The position numbers and the translations under genes are program-made. Of a stretch of DNA of 32,000 bases, positions 1 through 8,619 are shown in pieces. This stretch comes from a cyanobacterium endosymbiont of Epithemia turgida isolate EtSB Lake Yunoko (lineage in GTDB: Bacteria > Cyanobacteriota > Cyanobacteriia > Cyanobacteriales > Microcystaceae). Numbering within the stretch: position 1 is the stretch's first letter; each line of letters starts with the position of its first letter. Where the stretch lies: the NCBI RefSeq assembly GCF_000829235.1, contig NZ_AP012549.1, positions 2,762,319-2,794,318 of the forward strand, in the 5' to 3' direction. The notes under the pieces are model-generated. The model did no database searches and was not told the DNA's origin. It saw only the letters and a program-made list of their open reading frames with translations.

Positions 1-581
1 GATCTCGGAAGTACCCCAATCTTTTTCGAAGCAGAGGCTAAGTTAGAATTATCATTATTTTTTTTCTGGCTAACGGAAGTATTTCTAAATTTACTAAAGT
101 TTTCATTATTGGTAGAACTTAACTGATTTGGATTTATTTTTTCTCCAGGAGCTACTGTTTTATTTTCAACCTCTACTTCTGGATTAATATTAGGAGTTTG
201 ATAGTGATTTGTTACCTCATCAATAAACTCAAGCTTGTCAAAAATGACAGAAGTGTTTGTCTCTTGATCCTGATAATCTCGTTGATCTCTTAAATGGAGT
301 TGTTTATCTTGCAAATCAGATATTTTTAAAAAAAAACGACTAGCTTTAAAAAAAGCTAATCCCGTGTTTATTTTTTGTAAATAGCCATTAACTTCTGTTT
401 CAAAATAAGTAATAATGCTTGTTCCATAGTTAGAATTTTCGACAGATACTTTTTTTCCTCCAAAATGTTTGTTTTCAATCTCTTTGATTTTCAAAGCGGA
501 TTTATAGGCGCTACTTAATGATTTTTCAGGGATTGCGAAGAACCAATCTGAGGTATTTTGAATGAAGGATTTAAGTTTCAT
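1..581 (-). CDS. pxcA: Proton extrusion protein PxcA (CemA family), N-terminal part; the gene runs off the left edge of the window
   Basis: Absent from the ORF track because it is edge-truncated. Hand translation of the minus strand from the ATG (complement of 579-581) gives MKLKSFIQNTSDWFFAIPEKSLSSAYKSALKIKEIENKHFGGKKVSVENSNYGTSIITYFETEV...SVIFDKLEFIDEV... and stays open to position 1. The WF..PE..L..AY..AL.IK.IE..HF.G block and the KL.FIDEV block match the N-terminal signature I recall for cyanobacterial PxcA. Confidence 0.7.
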   Translation of the reverse strand, partial: MKLKSFIQNTSDWFFAIPEKSLSSAYKSALKIKEIENKHFGGKKVSVENSNYGTSIITYFETEVNGYLQKINTGLAFFKASRFFLKISDLQDKQLHLRDQRDYQDQETNTSVIFDKLEFIDEVTNHYQTPNINPEVEVENKTVAPGEKINPNQLSSTNNENFSKFRNTSVSQKKNNDNSNLASASKKIGVLPR

Positions 582-637
582 GGGAATAGGAACTTGCAGT
601 CTTAAAATAAGGAGATTGTATATGTCATGTTAACAAA

Positions 638-2800
638 TTGAATCAAGGAGTCTGTGTGAATAGTCAACCTCTTTGGATTGAAGGAACAACCCGCAGTGGG
701 AAAACAACTCATCTTGTTAAGGAATTTTGTCATTGGCTCAAGCAAAAACATCATTCCCTTCAAACAATTTCGGTTCCTGATTTCGTTCCTCAAAATTTAG
801 CGTCTTCGCTCTTAATTTTGTCAGCAAACAGTGACAATTCCCGAAAACTTGCCGACAGACTTTCTTTATCTATTCAGGGCAGTTACCCTATTATCTGTAA
901 AACTCCTCTAGGATTTATTACCAAGGAGGTCACCCTTTTTTGGCCACTTCTATTTAAAGAATTAACCTTAAAAGCTCAATTTCCCTTACTATTACGTCCA
1001 GAAACAGAACAGGAATTAGCTCTTCAGCTATGGCGGTCACATTTAGAGCTACCTAAGGTTCGACTAACCAGAACCAGTGAGTCTCGCTTTGTCCGTCAAA
1101 CCTTAGATTTACTACAGCTTACAGGGGCTAGTGGTATTCCAATCGAAGATATCCCCTACATTTTAAGACAGGGTCTACCTGAAGGCGATCACTATAATGA
1201 TTCCTTAAATAACCCGGAACTTTCTTTAGAATCAGATTGGAAATTGAGAGAAAAGTTGATTTCAAAATGGCAGAATTGGTGTTTGGATAAAGGTTTACTT
1301 ACCTATGGATTAGTTTATACTCTTTATTGGCGATATCTTCTCCCTAACCCCAGGTATCAACAACATTTGATTAATCGCTACCAAGGTGTTTTTGCCGATG
1401 ATGTTGATGATTATCCGGCAATAACTAAAAATTTATTCGACTTTCTCCTTGAAAATAGAGTATTTGGGGTGTTCACATACAATTACGATGGACAAGTTCG
1501 TCTAGGACTTGACGCTGATCCTCAATATTTATCTAAATTAGCCTCTCGCTGCCGGGTAGAAGTGTTACCTTCTCCTTCAGGACTAGCTGTGGACTGTGGA
1601 AAACTCTTAGTGAAATTAGCCACTGATCCCTCAGAAATCAGTAATTTGCCTGGGTATATTTCATCAATTAAAACTATCTCCCGTGCGGACTTATTACGTA
1701 AAACTGCACAACTGATTATTGAAGCAATTAAAGTTGACCGAGTTATTCCGGAAGACATCGCTATTATAGCCCCGGGATTAGATGAAATTGCTCGTTATAC
1801 TCTTATTTCAATTGTTTCAAACGCAGGAATACCTATTAAACCCCTAAATGAACAAAGATCTTTAATTAGTTATTCGATAGTCCGTGCTTTATTATCTTTA
1901 TTGGGGTTGGTATATCCAGGGTTAGGAAGACTGATTTTGACTGATGATGTCGCTCAAATGTTAACGGTATTGAGTCAACAAACCATAGATGGAACTCAAA
2001 CTTTAGTTCCGGCGATCGATCCAGTCAGGGCGGGCTTAATTGCCGATTACTGCTACCATATTGATCCGGAATGCCCCAAATTATTATCTATTGAAACTTT
2101 TTCTCGTTGGGATCGTCTGGGACATCTTGCTACCAAAGCTTATCAAGTAATTTGTCAATGGATCACCGATAGTCAAACTCTGTTACAAAAGAAACCATTA
2201 ACTACTCCAGTAACTATCTTAGATTGGGCAATTAAACACTTTGTGATGATCAGGAGTCACATGCCTTACGATCAAATTGCAGCATTACGGAAATTAATGG
2301 AAACTGCCCAACATTTTTGGGAAGTTGAGCACCGTTTACATCAATATAATGCCACACCTTCACCGCACCAGGAAACCCTGATTAAGTTTATTCAATTGTT
2401 GCGTCGTGGAACAATCACAGCCAATCCTCAACCCGTTCGTTATTTGGGTAAAACACCTGGTTTTGTCACATTGGCAACGATTTTTCAATACCGTTCATTA
2501 CGTAATTCCCACCGTTGGCAATTTTGGCTAGACGCGTCTTCAATTTTATGGGAGAAAGGGGGAGCATCAGTGTTGTTTGGTGCACCTTTATTTGCACGAG
2601 AATGTCCAAGAAGAATGTTGACTCCTGAAGATGAATTTAAAGCTGATAAAGCCCGTTTAGAAAGGATTTTAAGGGATTTGTTGGGACGTGTTAAAGAAAA
2701 AATTATTTTATGTCACAGTGATCTCAGCATAAAAGGAACCGAACAAACTGGCCCTTTATTAACTTTGGTTAATAGTTCTTTAGAGTTTATCAGGGAGTAG
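638..2800 (+). CDS. Divergent SF1 (UvrD/AddA-like) P-loop helicase-related protein of unknown role
   Basis: 720-aa ORF with Walker A GTTRSGKT at about aa 17-24. An acidic block VFADDVDDY sits where UvrD-type motif II (DExQD) would lie. The C-terminal TLATIFQYRSL...WQFWLD resembles a degenerate UvrD_C TIHxxKGLE block. The track start is TTG at 638; an in-frame GTG at 656 has AAGGAG 5 nt upstream and may be the true start. Confidence 0.5.
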   Translation: MNQGVCVNSQPLWIEGTTRSGKTTHLVKEFCHWLKQKHHSLQTISVPDFVPQNLASSLLILSANSDNSRKLADRLSLSIQGSYPIICKTPLGFITKEVTLFWPLLFKELTLKAQFPLLLRPETEQELALQLWRSHLELPKVRLTRTSESRFVRQTLDLLQLTGASGIPIEDIPYILRQGLPEGDHYNDSLNNPELSLESDWKLREKLISKWQNWCLDKGLLTYGLVYTLYWRYLLPNPRYQQHLINRYQGVFADDVDDYPAITKNLFDFLLENRVFGVFTYNYDGQVRLGLDADPQYLSKLASRCRVEVLPSPSGLAVDCGKLLVKLATDPSEISNLPGYISSIKTISRADLLRKTAQLIIEAIKVDRVIPEDIAIIAPGLDEIARYTLISIVSNAGIPIKPLNEQRSLISYSIVRALLSLLGLVYPGLGRLILTDDVAQMLTVLSQQTIDGTQTLVPAIDPVRAGLIADYCYHIDPECPKLLSIETFSRWDRLGHLATKAYQVICQWITDSQTLLQKKPLTTPVTILDWAIKHFVMIRSHMPYDQIAALRKLMETAQHFWEVEHRLHQYNATPSPHQETLIKFIQLLRRGTITANPQPVRYLGKTPGFVTLATIFQYRSLRNSHRWQFWLDASSILWEKGGASVLFGAPLFARECPRRMLTPEDEFKADKARLERILRDLLGRVKEKIILCHSDLSIKGTEQTGPLLTLVNSSLEFIRE

Positions 2801-3628
2801 TTAAGGAGCGAAGAGAAGAGACAAAAGAAATAGGGAGGGCAATGTCGACTACCATAATTGTTAGAAGTTGCAACCCTTTTAATTATTTAGTTGCCATTTA
2901 GGATTTCGTAATTAACTAAAATTGTTTTGTTCTTTCTCAGACCTAAGATAATCAAAAGAATACTACGCTCAACTATGTATGCTGGAGGAAACCTTTTATC
3001 AAAAAGTAGAAATTTACATAATACTGAACCAGATTGCTATACTATCCTCAAAAAAATAACGATCTAGGAAAACCTCTTCTATTTTATGGATTGTTTTAAA
3101 ATATTCATTAACTTAAGGTGCATCTACTAACGTATACATTTTTTTTACAGGCTCTAATTATATAGAATAATATGGAAAATATTTCCTAATAATTACTTTT
3201 AAAAACTTACTTTTTTCTATATAATTATCTGCTATCACTATTCTATTTAATTCTTGTAAGTACTTTTTAGAAAAAAGTTTTTTTGCTAAAAATTTATATA
3301 ATTAATTTAACTATTTTGTATTTTTTTATAAAATAAAATTATATAATTTGGGGTTAATTAGTAGGTTGACAAATTTATATATATATGACCATTTGTAGCT
3401 TCAGCTTACCATAACAGTTGCTCTTTCTTACATGATACTTCAAGCTTGTATTATGAACTTTAATCTTACTCTATTTACATTAAACAAGCATATATATGCT
3501 TCGACTTGTGGATATCTTTTTTATAAATATCAACTTTTAAAAGTCAATATTTCTTATTGAATAAACGCGCATTTTCTAAGTTTTAGTCTCAGACTCTAAC
3601 AATAATATATGAGGGGGTTTTAAAAAAA

Positions 3629-4029
3629 TATTTTCTTATTGAGTCCCAATTGTCTTTAATATAATTTAATTTTTCTATCCAACAATATCCTCTCAATTCT
3701 TTCCACATTTATCCATCTACATAGTCTTAATTCTAACTAGAATACTAATTTTAAACTAGTTTAAAAATCAATAAATATTTTTATATTATTCTTTATTTTA
3801 AAATTTTATTTCTTAGATTTGTAACCCCTTCTTTTTGGTGTTTATGAGATTTATTAAAAATATCCTTGATATAAAAAAATATCTCATTACAGAGAATGCA
3901 CTCTGTTTAAGTGTTAATTCCTAAAATTTTTGCAAAAATGGATATTATTTTTTAGTTTAGGTAAATTAAGATTTGGAGGTGACTAAGCTTTTATAGACAT
4001 TGTTTTTATCTAGATTATTCCTTTATTAT
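3629..4029. repeat. Left copy of a large inverted repeat (partner 31600-32000)
   Basis: Hand alignment shows 3629-4029 equals the reverse complement of 31600-32000, with one mismatch (3979 g versus the complement of 31650 t). The inner boundary at 4029/4030 is sharp. The outer extent is unknown because the partner is cut by the window edge. The repeat is ORF-free and AT-rich. Confidence 0.95.
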
Positions 4030-4695
4030 ATTGTAATTAAACTACTAAATTTAGTTAATTTACTTTTTTATTTTCTGTCTTTTTTATTGACCTACTCTCT
4101 TTCAATATAATTGGTAATTTCTTTACTTTTTATTGCCTGATATTCAAACATAAATATTATGCTATTGTTCTGATTATACATATAACTTTATAGTTGTATT
4201 TTAACTTGTATAGTTATTAACTCTATAATTCTACTATTTTTTTAGCTATACTAATTACTATCTAAATCCTCGCTTATTTAAAACGATACTTTCTCTTCTG
4301 TACGGATTTAAAATCATCTGCTTAACTACCAATTTATTATACCCAGTCTAAACCCTAAGCTAAAATAGACTGCTTATAAATTATATAATAAGATAACTAG
4401 AGGGTATGTAAAGGTAATATGATACTTATATATTTTAAAAGTTCAATAAAATTCAAAAACAATTTTTTAAAAAAATCTAGTAATGAGGATATCGTCAATT
4501 TTAATAAAAATAACTTACTACCTATTCAATAATTTTAAAAATAAATTTATTGATTCAACTTTTATTGAAGTGATGCATTATCTTTTAAGACTAAGCGAGA
4601 AGCTTCAACAATTTTTTCGATTCAAGAGAAAGATTTGAGACTACAATAACCAATGTGAGATAGAGACGGTGGCTTAACTCTAGGAAGTAATATTT

Positions 4696-5754
4696 ATGGA
4701 TGAATCAGAGAAAATACCAGTCGGAATTATTGGAGCTTCAGGGTACGGTGGTATACAACTGGTGCGGATATTACTAGAACATCCAAACATAGATATCGTC
4801 TATCTTGGAGGCATTAAAAGTGCAGGAAAACTCTATTGGGATCTTTATCCCCATTTAGTACATCGCGTTGATCTGACTATCGAACCTATTGACATAGATG
4901 TGGTAGCTTCCCGTTGTAAAGTAGTATTTTTGGGACTTCCAAATGGGCTAGCTTGCGAGCTAGCCCCCCAATTACTGGTAAAAGGTTGTAAAGTCCTAGA
5001 TCTGTCTGCAGACTATCGTTTTCGTAATTTAGACACCTACACTGCATGGTACAACAAGAATCGCACTGATCACGAAACCGCCATGCAATCTGTCTATGGG
5101 CTTCCTGAATTGTACCAAGAAGAAATTAAATCTACTTCTTTGGTGGGATGTCCTGGATGTTACCCTACAGCAAGTTTGATGGCTTTATCTCCTCTCCTCA
5201 AACAAGGCTTAATTATTCCTGAGACTGCCATTATTGACGCTAAGTCAGGAACATCAGGGGGAGGCCGGCAAGCTAAAACTCATCTCTTACTCGCAGAAGC
5301 AGAGGGTTCGTGTATGGCTTACGAAGTGGCTAAACATCGCCACACACCAGAAATAGAACAAATTTGTTCTGATTTAGCCGGACATGAAGTTCGGGTTCAG
5401 TTTACCCCCCATTTACTTCCTATGGTTCGAGGTATTCTGGCAACGGTTTATGCATCTCTAAGAGATCCTGGGCTAGTTAGAGATGATATTCTGACCATTT
5501 ATAGTGCATTTTACCGTTCTTTCCCCTTCGTAAAAATTCTTCCTCACGGTATTTATCCTCAAACTAAATGGGCCTGGGGAACTAATCTTTGTTATATTGG
5601 AGTTGAAACAGATCCCCATACTGATCGCGTCATCGTTATGTCTGCTATTGATAACATAGTCAAGGGTCAAGCAGGACAGGCAGTGCAGTGCTTGAACTTA
5701 ATGATGGGTTGGGATCAAACCCTAGGACTACCTCAATTGTGTTTTTATCCCTAA
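4696..5754 (+). CDS. argC: N-acetyl-gamma-glutamyl-phosphate reductase
   Basis: 352-aa ORF. N-terminal Rossmann motif [10 protein letters not shown], active-site region GCPGCYPTA, and C-terminal [13 protein letters not shown]-like block ([20 protein letters not shown]) are typical of ArgC. AGGAAG lies upstream of the ATG. Confidence 0.93.
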   Translation: MDESEKIPVGIIGASGYGGIQLVRILLEHPNIDIVYLGGIKSAGKLYWDLYPHLVHRVDLTIEPIDIDVVASRCKVVFLGLPNGLACELAPQLLVKGCKVLDLSADYRFRNLDTYTAWYNKNRTDHETAMQSVYGLPELYQEEIKSTSLVGCPGCYPTASLMALSPLLKQGLIIPETAIIDAKSGTSGGGRQAKTHLLLAEAEGSCMAYEVAKHRHTPEIEQICSDLAGHEVRVQFTPHLLPMVRGILATVYASLRDPGLVRDDILTIYSAFYRSFPFVKILPHGIYPQTKWAWGTNLCYIGVETDPHTDRVIVMSAIDNIVKGQAGQAVQCLNLMMGWDQTLGLPQLCFYP

Positions 5755-5904
5755 CTAGAAACAAGCAATAGCAACAATTGTAGTTTTCTATTGACTTTAA
5801 CAATGTCGATTTTTATTCCAGATTTAGTTGAATATGCTATGTATTCTTGCGAAGAAAGTCCTTTCCTATCAACAATGCTTATTGAATGCTACCTTGGGAA
5901 ATTG

Positions 5905-6240
5905 GGATGTCCCTCCAACTTTTTAAGGATATAAAGGGGGAATCTTTTGGAAGTCATTCATAGACTTTATTCTTTACAGGACTTAGGTATTACTGCTTTA
6001 TGTTTTAATTCTATTTTTCAGTATGCTAGTAATTATGATTATCACATCCATGATTACTATACAGTTGATACCCTTTTGGGTGAAAATTAAGCTTTGAAAA
6101 ACTTATATAAAGGAGTAGATGAACGTAACTTTAAAGTCATCTTAGATGGGGTTGTTAACTGTACCAGTCGGGGCTTTTTCTCTTTAATTAAATCTTAAAA
6201 AACGGACCTAATTCTCCTTGTTTAAATTAGTTTAAAATCG
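5905..6240 (+). pseudogene. Decayed fragment of a GH13 (alpha-amylase family, neopullulanase/alpha-glucosidase-like) gene
   Basis: Hand translation from 5938 gives GNLLEVIHRLYSLQDLGITALCFNSIFQYASNYDYHIHDYYTVDTLLGEN*ALKNLYKGVDERNFKVILDGVVNCTSRGFF. This parallels the GH13 N-terminal catalytic core (GGDL.GI...LdYL.dLG..a..l.PIF...snH.YD..DY..vDp..G......L....h..gikViLDgVfNH). There is an in-frame TAA at 6088-6090 and another at 6196-6198. A frameshift in the G-run near 5936-5940 separates the upstream PPTF*GYKGG piece. A shifted tail KNGPNSPCLN*FKI lies at 6198-6239. The region-I His is replaced (NH -> NC). Confidence 0.65.
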
Positions 6241-6702
6241 TCAGTTGACTATTATCTATTTATAATGGCAATTTATCGGTAAATTACCTCTCTTATATTA
6301 ATTTTAGTTAAAGTGCTTCCTTATTTCATACAATAAAATTTAAACAACTGTCTGTTTTATATCTAGATAATATATTTATTGTTATTTACAATAATTAAGG
6401 AATAACATCGATAAAATCGATTTAATGGAATTTAACATCAATCCAGTGATTGGATTCCATAAAGCAAGAATTGTTTTAGCTGTAGGTTTGTATTCATAGG
6501 CTTCTACTGAAATGTCGTTGGCAGTGATTAAGTAAATATATTTTTTGCCGATGTCTAATATATATTAATATAGTGACAATTTGATTTAGTATGTTTGTTG
6601 TAATACTTAAAAATTTGGTAAAGAAAATATTCAACAGGTTTCCCTTAAGAAAGAAATTACATCTTATATCAAAATAATTTAATTGTTTATCACTTTTTTA
6701 TC

Positions 6703-6731
6703 TTGACTATTGGATGTCTTTGATCTATATA
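6703..6731 (+). promoter_or_regulatory. Near-consensus sigma70-type promoter (TTGACT - 17 nt - TATATA) facing an ORF-free block of coding-like GC
   Basis: TTGACT at 6703-6708, an exact 17-nt spacer at 6709-6725, and TATATA at 6726-6731. The predicted start is near 6738. Chance matches are possible in AT-rich DNA, so confidence is modest. Confidence 0.35.
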
Positions 6732-7183
6732 GTAGAGTCGTTGTAGAGTGTCCAACTAACATAAATGGGGGTAAGCCTTAGCTTCTACACGGAAGCACCA
6801 TATTCCACAATGTCTTAGCATTGAAATAGAAGTGTGGTCAGGGCTTGAGACAAAGCTATAGAAGCTGGAATAGAATAAGTATAACCAACGCTTGGAAACA
6901 GGCTAAGAAATCAAAGGGCGAACCTCGAGTTTAGGACAGTGGGGATACATATCTCTAGATTAGGACAGACAGTCGACAATGCTAAGAAACCAGAAAAGGG
7001 TAGAAGAGTTTTCATAGTAGTTAACAACCTACACATTTACAGCTAGCTGATCAATAGTTTGTAGTTTTAACTTTGGAGGTGTTTAGATAAGAGTAAATAA
7101 AAGATAATTTCTTATCTAGAAAAGACCACTGGAACAGCAAGGGAGCCCCTGCTATCCCCTTAGGTAGCTCGTCGGGAAAAATA

Positions 7184-8194
7184 TCAGGAATAAAATCGTG
7201 ATTTGAACCATTGTTGAACTAAACCAAGTTTTTGAGAATTCCTCTGCTGACGCAGTTGGTATTCTTTGTAAGCGCCATTAATACGGGCTGTAATATAATG
7301 AGCTAGGGGATGTTGAGTTCGATCAGGATGCCAAAGACGAATTAAACCCCTATAAGTTTGCTCAACTTGCAACGAAGTGGGGAAAGGATTAAGGTCTAGA
7401 ACTTTCCACCAAGGAGATGACTCATCAAAAAACGCACGATGAAGGTGGAGAGGATATTCACTCACAATAGGTTGCAACCGTCCCCAAGATGTTCCATAGA
7501 ACACCTGATAAATAGTCTTAAGTTTACTTAACCCTAGACGTTCTGTAGCTTGGTGGTGCCATTGCCGAAACCTATCGATAGTTTCTTGGTTCCAAAAAGA
7601 CTGATCCTCTTTGGCTAAAGATTCTAGGATTAATTTTGGAGTTCTTTGAGGTTCAGGCAAACTCCATAACCAGAATAATTCTGGGACAACTTGGGTGGCG
7701 AGAGGAAAATTTTTCCATTCCCAATAATTAACCCCAGGTGTGGCTAATCTTTGGCGGTAAAAAATATACCACCCTTTCTCCCAGATACACGCTAAAGGAG
7801 TCATAAGAGGGCTAGCTAAAGGATAAGCTTGTCCACGCAAAGAACTTTGGGGAGCATCTTCCAATAAACAAGTTAAAGGAGTCATAAGAAGACTAGCTAA
7901 AGGATAAGCTTGTCCACGCAAAGAACTTTGGGGAGCATCTTCCAATAAACAAGTTAAAGGAGTCATAAGAGGACTAGCTAAAGGATAAGCTTGTCCACGC
8001 AAAGAACTTTGGGGAGCATCTTCCAATAAACAAGTTAGTCGTTTAAATTGGCTATTAAGACCTTTACTTGAAGACTTAGACGAAGATAATAGCAAACAAA
8101 TACCACAAAAAATAAGGGTTAAAAGCAATAAATTTTGGAGTAAATCTCCAACAAACGTTAAAAAATTCATGATCAGGTAATCAATAATCTTCAA
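7184..8194 (-). CDS. Membrane-anchored J-domain (DnaJ-like) protein with an internal 27-aa tandem repeat
   Basis: 336-aa ORF with a hydrophobic N-terminal segment (LLLLTLIFCGICLLL). It carries three copies of LTCLLEDAPQSSLRGQAYPLASPLMTP. The C-terminal J-domain-like block is TYRGLIRLWHPDRTQHPLAHYITARINGAYKEY, with an HPD tripeptide. An alternative start is the MNFLTF codon at 8170. Confidence 0.7.
   Translation of the reverse strand: MKIIDYLIMNFLTFVGDLLQNLLLLTLIFCGICLLLSSSKSSSKGLNSQFKRLTCLLEDAPQSSLRGQAYPLASPLMTPLTCLLEDAPQSSLRGQAYPLASLLMTPLTCLLEDAPQSSLRGQAYPLASPLMTPLACIWEKGWYIFYRQRLATPGVNYWEWKNFPLATQVVPELFWLWSLPEPQRTPKLILESLAKEDQSFWNQETIDRFRQWHHQATERLGLSKLKTIYQVFYGTSWGRLQPIVSEYPLHLHRAFFDESSPWWKVLDLNPFPTSLQVEQTYRGLIRLWHPDRTQHPLAHYITARINGAYKEYQLRQQRNSQKLGLVQQWFKSRFYS
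7794..8036. repeat. Tandem repeat, 3 x 81 bp, in frame inside the J-domain gene
   Basis: Units at 7794-7874, 7875-7955 and 7956-8036 are identical except within a 5-nt patch (agagggc / agaagac / agaggac). The period is 81 bp, or 27 codons. Confidence 0.95.
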
Positions 8195-8619
8195 CGCTCG
8201 TAAAAAAAGACGAGCAAGAAATATTCTTAACTTTATATCATAATTTAACCTTGGAAAATTACCAAAAATATGATTGACAAAGATTGCGAAATATTAATAC
8301 TAAATCAAATTGTCATTTCTATTTGTGATGATAATTGCTAATATCAATTTTATTTTAAAAATTATAAAAATTCCTAATAAATCTTCTTATTAAGACTATA
8401 TTGTAAGTTGTATCACTATCTATAGTGATAGCTTGAAAGTCCGCTAAAACTAAGATTATAAAGTTTATTTTTCTATATATCTAATATATTTTTGGCAAAA
8501 ATTAGCAGATGGAATTGTTCAAAAAATTGAGGACGTTTACCCTATTCTTTTACTTATCTTTTGCTCCTTTGACAAGATAAACTAGAAAAGTCAATAAATT
8601 GTTATCGTAACTGAAGGAT

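Noticed and set aside
602-793. 63-aa minus-strand ORF from the track
   Set aside because: It lies antisense across the start of the 720-aa gene and the divergent promoter gap. The peptide is low-complexity, with no motif or SD.
1522-1758. 78-aa minus-strand ORF
   Set aside because: It is entirely antisense within the 720-aa CDS and is probably a shadow ORF.
3973-3981. SD-like TTTGGAGGT recurring in spacers (3973, 7072, 11234), with loosely similar flanks between 3960-3995 and 11224-11255
   Set aside because: There are only three short occurrences with inconsistent spacing to other shared words. No start codon follows, and this is insufficient to claim a repeat family or relic gene starts.
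2801-4695. Looked for CRISPR arrays, IS elements or transposase remnants in this and the other long AT-rich spacers
   Set aside because: I could see no regularly spaced direct repeats and no DDE or Y1 transposase-like translated fragments. There are only short low-complexity AT repeats and small palindromes, for example AAGCATATATATGCTT near 3487-3502.
5473-5670. 65-aa minus-strand ORF
   Set aside because: It is antisense inside argC, which is unambiguously the real gene.
6911-7036. 41-codon minus-strand ORF in the GC block (MCRLLTTMKTLLPFSGFLALSTVC..., signal-peptide-like)
   Set aside because: It has no SD, is very short, and is followed by further stop-broken hydrophobic frames. It more likely reflects a decayed membrane-protein gene than a live small gene.
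7124-7150. ACCACTGG...GGGAGCC, faintly reminiscent of the cobalamin riboswitch GCCACTG / GGGAAGGC elements
   Set aside because: There is no B12 box and no downstream plus-strand gene to regulate. The segment fits better as a weak hairpin after the minus-strand J-domain gene stop.
6767-7170. tmRNA or RNase P RNA hypothesis for the 400-nt ORF-free block (it begins GGGGGTAAGCCTTAGCTTCTACACGG, loosely like a tmRNA 5' end)
   Set aside because: I found no T-arm (GGTTCGA-type) or CCACCA 3' end. There is no plausible tag ORF ending in hydrophobic residues, and no RNase P P4 motifs (GAGGAAAGTCCGGGC / ACAGAACCCGGCTTA) on either strand. The block is kept only as an unidentified RNA or pseudogene candidate.
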